Assembly: GCA_030167145.1 (NCBI GenBank)
Contig: CP126532.1
Coordinates: 540,001 to 572,000 of the forward strand
DNA length: 32,000 nucleotides
Source of the DNA: Ktedonobacterales bacterium
Lineage (GTDB): Bacteria > Chloroflexota > Ktedonobacteria > Ktedonobacterales > JADMIN01
Direction: 5' to 3'
Shown here: positions 27,164 to 32,000 of the stretch, piece after piece
How positions within the stretch are numbered: the first letter of the stretch is position 1
Layout of the letters: each line of letters opens with the position of its first letter
Translations under genes and position numbers: made by a program
The notes under the pieces: generated by a model
Told to the model about the DNA's origin: nothing
Databases searched by the model: none
The model's input: the letters and a program-made list of their open reading frames with translations, nothing else

Positions 27164-27934
27164 ATGGGCAAACTAGATGGACGGGTCGCCCTCGTCACCG
27201 GCGCAGCACGCGGCATTGGCGCCGCCATTGCCCGCAGGCTATCCGCCGATGGGGCAGCCGTCGCGCTGGCCGATCTCGATCTTCCCGGCTGCGAAGCGCT
27301 GGCAGGCGAACTGGCGCAGGCGGGCGGGCGCGCACTTGCCATTGGCTGCGACGTCTCGGACGCCTCCGCCGTGCAGCACATGGTGGACGCCACCATCGCT
27401 GGCCTCGGCCAGCTCGATATCCTCGTCAACAACGCTGGCATCATCCGCGACAACCTGCTCTTCAAGATGACCGACGACGACTGGGACCGCGTCATCGGCG
27501 TTCACCTGCGCGGCGCATTCCTCTGCGCGCGGGCCGCGCAGAAGCCGATGGTCGAGCGCCAGTATGGGCGCATCATCAGCGTCTCCTCCACCTCCGCGCT
27601 GGGCAATCGCGGCCAGGCCAACTACTCTGCTGCCAAGGCAGGCATCCAGGGTCTCACGCGCACGCTCGCCATCGAACTTGGCAAATTCGGCATCACCGCC
27701 AACGCCGTCGCCCCTGGCTTCATAGATACCGACATGACGCGCGCCACCGCGCAGCGCATGGGCGTCACGCCCGAAGCCTTCGCGGCGGGCGCATCGCAAT
27801 ACATTTCCCTGGGGCGCATCGGCCAGCCCAGTGAAGTGGCCAGCGTCGTCGCCTTCCTGGCCTCGGATGACGCGAGCTACGTCAGCGGTCAGGTGATCTA
27901 TGTCGCGGGCGGACCCGCGGGCATTCTCATGTGA
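27164..27934 (+). CDS. Short-chain dehydrogenase/reductase, FabG-like 3-oxoacyl reductase
   Basis: In frame with track ORF 27065..27934, with the ATG at 27164. Contains the cofactor motif ALVTGAARGIGAAIA, then NNAG, and the catalytic S...YSAAK (GQANYSAAKAG). The C-terminus is YVSGQVIYVAGG. Confidence 0.85.
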   Translation: MGKLDGRVALVTGAARGIGAAIARRLSADGAAVALADLDLPGCEALAGELAQAGGRALAIGCDVSDASAVQHMVDATIAGLGQLDILVNNAGIIRDNLLFKMTDDDWDRVIGVHLRGAFLCARAAQKPMVERQYGRIISVSSTSALGNRGQANYSAAKAGIQGLTRTLAIELGKFGITANAVAPGFIDTDMTRATAQRMGVTPEAFAAGASQYISLGRIGQPSEVASVVAFLASDDASYVSGQVIYVAGGPAGILM

Positions 27935-28079
27935 TCCACACGTATCCACGCCATGAATATCTCTGTAGCCGCGCTCTCTGAATGTATGAACGCTGTGATG
28001 GGGCAACATTGGTTAGCCCCCTCGATTCACGCTCCGGCACGCGAAGCCGTGAGCGCCTGCAAGTGAAGTGAGGTGAACG

Positions 28080-29630
28080 ATGGACCTGGGCCGGATGCTG
28101 GCACAAACCGCCGAACGCTTTCCCGACAAAACGGCGATCATCTTTCGCGATCACCAAACGAACTACAGTGAGTTCGATCAGCGCGCGAATCAGGTGGCGA
28201 ACGCGCTGATTGCGCAGGGGGTCGAGCCGGGGGATCGGGTTGCCCTCTTCATGCACAATATCCCGCTCTTCATGGAAGCCTACTATGGCATCGTCAGGGC
28301 AGGCGCATCGGTGGTGCCGATGAACGTGCTGTATAAGCCGGGCGAGGTCGAGTACATCCTTAAGGATAGCGGCGCGAAGGCGCTGCTGACCTTCGCTACC
28401 CCGGCCGCCCCGTACTACATGTCCGCCCTGGCCGCCGCCGTCAATGCCCCCGATCTGCGTGCGGTCATCGTCGCCGCGCCCGAACCTGTGCCCAACACCC
28501 TCTCCTGGGCCGAGGCGGTCGGCGGAGCGGCGAGCGATGCCCCAAATGTGGAGATCCACCCAGAGCAGGTCGCTGTCATTTCCTATACCTCCGGCACCAC
28601 TGGACGGCCCAAAGGAGCCATGCTCAGCCACCGCAACCTGCTCTCGAACTGCGAGCAGTGTATGATGCTGCCCGCCATTGCCGTTCGGCCCGACGACGTG
28701 GTTTGGCTGGCACTGCCGCTCTTCCACATCTACGCGATGAATGTCGGAATGAACCTGTCGGTGCTGAACGGCGGTACGATGGTGCTGATCGAACGCTTCG
28801 AGCCAGCATCCAGCCTGGACGCAATCCAGAAGCACAAGTGTACCGTGCTCTATGGCGCGCCGCCGATGTTCGTCGTTTGGTCGCAAGTTCCCAACATCCA
28901 AGACTACGATCTGACCAGCCTGCGCTATGTAGCGTCGGGCGCCGCCGCCCTGCCCGTGAAGATCATGGAGGCGTTCCAGGGACTTTCCGGTGTCCCAATC
29001 AGCGAAGGCTATGGCCTCTCCGAATCTTCCCCCGTGCTGACCTCCAATGCCGCTGGTCCCATCACCAAGGCGGGAACCGTTGGTCCAGCGATTCCTGGTG
29101 TGGAAATCAAGATTGTAGATGAGGCGGGCGCCGAACTGCCGCACGGCCAGATGGGGGAACTGATCGCGCGCGGCCCGAACATCATGATGGGCTACTGGCG
29201 CCAGCCCGAAGCCACCGCCGAAACGCTCAAAGATGGCTGGCTGCATACTGGCGACCTCGCCACCCAGGACGACGACAACTATTTCAGCATTGTTGACCGC
29301 AAGAAAGATATGATCGTCGTCTCCGGCTACAACGTCTATCCACGCGAGGTCGAAGAGACGCTGTTCCGCCATCCTGCCGTGGCCGAGGCCGCCGTTGTGC
29401 AGTATCCCGACCCCTATCAGGGCGAATCGGTGATGGCGTTCGTCGTGCTGAAACAGGGCGAGAGCGCCAGCGAGCAGGACATCATTGACTTCTGCCGCAG
29501 CCAGATCGCCGTCTTCAAGTGCCCGCGCAAGATCGCCTTCGTGGATGCGCTGCCGAAGAACAACACCGGCAAAGTGCTGCGCCGCGAATTGCGCGACCAA
29601 GCCGAGCAGATGGTTGGGAGTGGCGCATGA
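28080..29630 (+). CDS. fadD: Long-chain fatty acid-CoA ligase (AMP-forming adenylating enzyme)
   Basis: AMP-binding signature ISYTSGTTGRPKGAMLSHRNL, then GYGLSESSP, WLHTGDLA and DRKKDMIVVSGYNVYPREVEE, with a C-terminal NNTGKVLRREL. Confidence 0.85.
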   Translation: MDLGRMLAQTAERFPDKTAIIFRDHQTNYSEFDQRANQVANALIAQGVEPGDRVALFMHNIPLFMEAYYGIVRAGASVVPMNVLYKPGEVEYILKDSGAKALLTFATPAAPYYMSALAAAVNAPDLRAVIVAAPEPVPNTLSWAEAVGGAASDAPNVEIHPEQVAVISYTSGTTGRPKGAMLSHRNLLSNCEQCMMLPAIAVRPDDVVWLALPLFHIYAMNVGMNLSVLNGGTMVLIERFEPASSLDAIQKHKCTVLYGAPPMFVVWSQVPNIQDYDLTSLRYVASGAAALPVKIMEAFQGLSGVPISEGYGLSESSPVLTSNAAGPITKAGTVGPAIPGVEIKIVDEAGAELPHGQMGELIARGPNIMMGYWRQPEATAETLKDGWLHTGDLATQDDDNYFSIVDRKKDMIVVSGYNVYPREVEETLFRHPAVAEAAVVQYPDPYQGESVMAFVVLKQGESASEQDIIDFCRSQIAVFKCPRKIAFVDALPKNNTGKVLRRELRDQAEQMVGSGA

Positions 29631-29905
29631 TTTCAGCATTGGTGCTGCTCAACGTTCAACGTGACGCCATCAACTCCACCGCGCAGGAATTGCTCCAGAT
29701 ACCGGGGGTGGCTGAGGTTTATTCGGTCACCGGCGAATACGATCTGGTGGCGGTTCTGCGGCTGGCCAAATACGAAGACCTGGCCGACGTGGTGACGGAG
29801 CGCATGGTGGCTATCGCGGGCATCACCCGCACCCACACGATGATGGCCTTCAAGGCGTACTCCCGCGAGGACCTGGAGCAAGCCTGGGACATCGGCGTAG
29901 AGTAA
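29627..29905 (+). CDS. Stand-alone Lrp/AsnC ligand-binding (RAM) domain protein, 92 aa
   Basis: In frame with track ORF 29519..29905. Its ATG at 29627 overlaps the fadD stop (ATGA at 29627-29630). MISALVLLNVQRDAINSTAQELLQIPGVAEVYSVTGEYDLVAVLRL... matches the AsnC_trans_reg/RAM fold pattern. No HTH domain is present. Confidence 0.7.
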   Translation: MISALVLLNVQRDAINSTAQELLQIPGVAEVYSVTGEYDLVAVLRLAKYEDLADVVTERMVAIAGITRTHTMMAFKAYSREDLEQAWDIGVE

Positions 29906-30080
29906 CGTCCGCACGTCCGGCAGCGCCAGGCAGAGCAAGCGGGCGACTTGGTGGCGCATGCGGGCAGCGCACGCAGGCGGTCACGATCCTTCGTTTCCGC
30001 GCGCATGCGCTGCCGTGCCAGCGTCGCCATAGGAGCGCCAAGTGATAGTACGCGGCGCGTTACAGTGCAAACGGCAGCGA

Positions 30081-30818
30081 TTACGAAAAGCGTAACTCGG
30101 CGGCGAGCAAATCGGCAGGTGTCGTCACTTTGATGTTGGCCGCGCTGCCCGCCACCACGGCTACGGCATGGCCCGCGCGCTCGAACGAGGCTGCGGTATC
30201 TGTGCCCTCGAAGCCCGCGTGGCGCGCCTGATCGTAGACGGCGAGCAGCATGCGCGCATCGAAGGCCTGGGGTGTCTGCGCGCGCCACAGGTCCGCTGGC
30301 TCTATCACCTGCTGGATCATCCCATCCTCGGCGACACGCGCAAGAGATTCACGCGCGCCCACTGGCGAGGCAAGCAGCGCGCTCCCATGCGTGCGGGCCG
30401 CCTCCACCACCGCATCTATCGCCGCTGGCGCGATGAGGGGCCGCGCGCCATCGTGAATCAGGATGACGTCCAGTTCGCCGGCATTGATGCGCTCGCGTAG
30501 ATGCGTCAACACGTTGTCTTCGGACTGATGCCGTGTCTCCCCTCCCGCAATGATCGCCGTCACACGTGGAAACTTATACCTTTCTACGATCTCGTCGCGA
30601 ATGTAGTCCATCTCAAGTGGATGCGCAACCAACACGATGTCATCCACGACGCGGGCCTGTGTGAACGCGGCGATGGTATGGACGAGCAGCGGCTTGCCTG
30701 CCAGCGGCAGAAAAACCTTGTTGCGTCCCGCGCCCATACGTGTGCCTTGTCCGGCGCAGAGAATGGCGGCAATGGTCCCGCGCTGCGGGTGCGGCGCTGC
30801 CGCTGAGTTGTGCGCCAT
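30081..30818 (-). CDS. ispD: 2-C-methyl-D-erythritol 4-phosphate cytidylyltransferase
   Basis: Track ORF 30081..30845. I prefer the ATG at 30818, with GGGAGAGG upstream. Contains AAILCAGQGTRMGAGRNKVFLPLAGKPLL...VLIHDGARP...RAQTPQAF, the IspD signature. Confidence 0.85.
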   Translation of the reverse strand: MAHNSAAAPHPQRGTIAAILCAGQGTRMGAGRNKVFLPLAGKPLLVHTIAAFTQARVVDDIVLVAHPLEMDYIRDEIVERYKFPRVTAIIAGGETRHQSEDNVLTHLRERINAGELDVILIHDGARPLIAPAAIDAVVEAARTHGSALLASPVGARESLARVAEDGMIQQVIEPADLWRAQTPQAFDARMLLAVYDQARHAGFEGTDTAASFERAGHAVAVVAGSAANIKVTTPADLLAAELRFS

Positions 30819-30886
30819 GAACATCCTCTCCCTGGCCGCAGCCAAGATTGCCGCCCGCTCTACGCGCAGCGAATATTCTCCACCGC

Positions 30887-30916
30887 TTTATAGCGCGACC
30901 CTGCCATCCATGTCCA
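30887..30916 (-). promoter_or_regulatory. Possible promoter for ispD (TGGACA-18-TATAAA on the minus strand)
   Basis: Reverse complement reads TGGACA (30911-30916), an 18-nt spacer, then TATAAA (30887-30892). Confidence 0.35.
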
Positions 30917-31378
30917 GCGCGCAAACATGTTAGCCAGCTAACGCATGAGTCCGGCTATAGGACTGATCTGTAAGACACTAGTACTACCTCATCAGGGCGC
31001 CTCATGCATTTATGTCGCCGGATGCGGTACATTCCCCCTCGTGCCTGCGAGAGGGGTGGTGACGCTCACTGCTTTCCCAATCGGTGGAAGGCAGGCGAGA
31101 CGCTCGCATGTCCGCTCTGAAACGTAGGCGCCCCAGAGGACCAGAACATCTCTCGGTTTATAGGTGTTCGCGGCGCAAGGCGAATGTACTCGCAAGGGGC
31201 CGCACTCTGGCGCACGACAACGAAACACTGGAGCACGCATGGTGGCTTTATTGGAAGTCACCCCACGTCAGCGGGGCAGCGCTGGAAGCGCATGCGCCGA
31301 GGAGGGCAAACAATCGCGGTATCGCAGCCGCGGTGGCCGTCGCCACAGGGGCGGAGGGCCGACAGGAGGTTTTTGGTT

Positions 31379-32000
31379 TTGAGTCTCGCATCACTAACCC
31401 GGTTTGTGGATTCGGCGAAGCAGTCTTCGCGCAAGGTGAAGACGGTCGCCATTTTGACAGGGGTGTTTGGTTTCTCGATGCTCGCAGCAAACACGGGCAG
31501 CATCCCCACCGCGCATGCAAGCTCGTTCCGCTTTTCGCGCGGCTATTCCGTGCAGTCCGGCTGGCTCTGCTACGGCTGGAGCAACGGCGCTTACCACTGC
31601 ACACAACACTGGCACCGCTCTGGCAACCGCCTCGTCTCTGACAACCCTGGTTGGGTTCCTAACGGCGGCAGCGCAACCACCTCGTACTCCCACTCGTCCA
31701 GCAGCAGCGGGCGCTCCTATTCGAGCGGCTACCATCCGCGTGGCGCGAGCACCTATCCGTGGGGCCAATGCACCTGGTATGCCTGGTCGCGCGACACGCG
31801 ACTCTATGGCATGGGAATGCCGTATCAGTGGACTGGTCGGGCAAGCGCGCGCGGCTTCCGCGTTGGTGGCACACCAGTCGCCGGAGCCACGGTGGTCTTC
31901 GCGGGCGGCGTGCAGGGCGCCGACTCGGTGGGCCATGTGGCGCATGTCGAGCGCGTCTACGGGAACGGCACGTTCCTGGTCTCTGAGATGAACTACTACG
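31379..32000 (+). CDS. Secreted CHAP-domain peptidoglycan hydrolase/amidase; the 3' end runs off the window
   Basis: Absent from the ORF track because there is no stop in the window. The frame starting at 31379 is open to position 32000. AGGAGG at 31364-31369 is followed by an in-frame TTG at 31379; in-frame GTG at 31406 or 31436 are alternatives. The signal peptide is KVKTVAILTGVFGFSMLAANTGSIPTAHA. The CHAP motif is YPWGQCTWYAW ... GHVAHVERVYGNGTFLVSEMNY. Track ORF 31467..31991 is in a different frame and looks spurious. Confidence 0.8.
   Translation, partial: MSLASLTRFVDSAKQSSRKVKTVAILTGVFGFSMLAANTGSIPTAHASSFRFSRGYSVQSGWLCYGWSNGAYHCTQHWHRSGNRLVSDNPGWVPNGGSATTSYSHSSSSSGRSYSSGYHPRGASTYPWGQCTWYAWSRDTRLYGMGMPYQWTGRASARGFRVGGTPVAGATVVFAGGVQGADSVGHVAHVERVYGNGTFLVSEMNYY

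Noticed and set aside
27927-29639. 570-aa minus-strand ORF, with similar long antisense ORFs at 21458..23098, 7298..8347, 4576..5487, 23973..25106, 26336..27043 and 5554..6171
   Set aside because: Each lies fully antisense or out of frame to a gene with unmistakable family motifs. Their translations are Arg/Gly/Ala/His-rich and low-complexity. Stop-free antisense frames are expected in GC-rich DNA with G/C at third positions.
29906-30080. Possible small gene or terminator between the convergent RAM and ispD genes
   Set aside because: The ORFs here (29948..30133 +, 29850..30041 -) are Arg-rich with no ribosome-binding site. Only a 9-bp inverted repeat (GGCAGCGCA / TGCGCTGCC) with a loop of about 37 nt and no U-tract is present, which is too weak to call.
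30988-30995. CUGAUGAG (hammerhead ribozyme core) on the minus strand
   Set aside because: There is no adjacent stem II hairpin followed by GAAA, and no stem I/III pairing. An isolated 8-mer is expected by chance.
31121-31378. In-frame upstream ATGs (31184, 31292) that would lengthen the CHAP protein by 29-65 aa
   Set aside because: The extension is Arg/Trp/Gly-rich and would bury the signal peptide. The consensus AGGAGG at 31364-31369 points to a start at 31379 or just after.
30930-31378. c-di-AMP (ydaO), glycine, cobalamin, TPP, ZTP or fluoride riboswitch upstream of the CHAP gene
   Set aside because: Only fragments resemble known cores, e.g. CCAGCTAAC at 30934-30942 and CGCCGAGGAGGGCAA at 31294-31308, against the glycine-riboswitch CACCGAAGGGGCAA. 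The companion conserved elements and helices are missing or in the wrong order. I cannot run a covariance model, so this rejection is provisional.

Overview
GC-rich bacterial chromosomal window with strong G/C third-position bias, so long antisense ORFs are common and most track entries are artefacts. I support 24 protein-coding genes, two of which run off the window ends and are missing from the ORF track, plus one tRNA. Left to right: (1) a partial DEDD-exonuclease/GIY-YIG nuclease fusion on the minus strand; (2) a plus-strand envelope-glycan operon: FemAB-like transferase, GT4, WbaP-type polyprenyl-phosphate sugar transferase, GT4, closed by a clean hairpin terminator; (3) a TM2-domain membrane protein with a very long Ala/Pro/Thr/Glu-rich tail; (4) tRNA-Arg with an unusual GCG anticodon and its own promoter and terminator; (5) clpC, a YbaK-type deacylase and a membrane GT2; (6) a minus-strand operon of GT4, GH35-like glycosidase and an unrecognisable multi-pass membrane protein; (7) DUF1385, a dual-specificity phosphatase, a PQQ-like beta-propeller lipoprotein and gamma-glutamyltransferase; (8) an MFS transporter; (9) a small cupin gene bracketed by two inverted copies of a palindromic repeat; (10) an ECF sigma factor with a C-terminal extension, preceded by an exact ECF41-type promoter motif, followed by an SDR reductase, an acyl-CoA ligase and a translationally coupled stand-alone RAM (Lrp/AsnC ligand-binding) protein; (11) ispD; and (12) a partial secreted CHAP-domain hydrolase behind a leader of about 460 nt. 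No CRISPR array, transposase, integrase, rRNA or recognisable defence system was seen. The best candidates for something undescribed are the cupin/repeat/ECF-sigma region (25.2-29.9 kb) and the GT4-GH35-unknown membrane protein operon (13.5-18.4 kb). All calls come from reading translations and motifs by eye; no database search was run.
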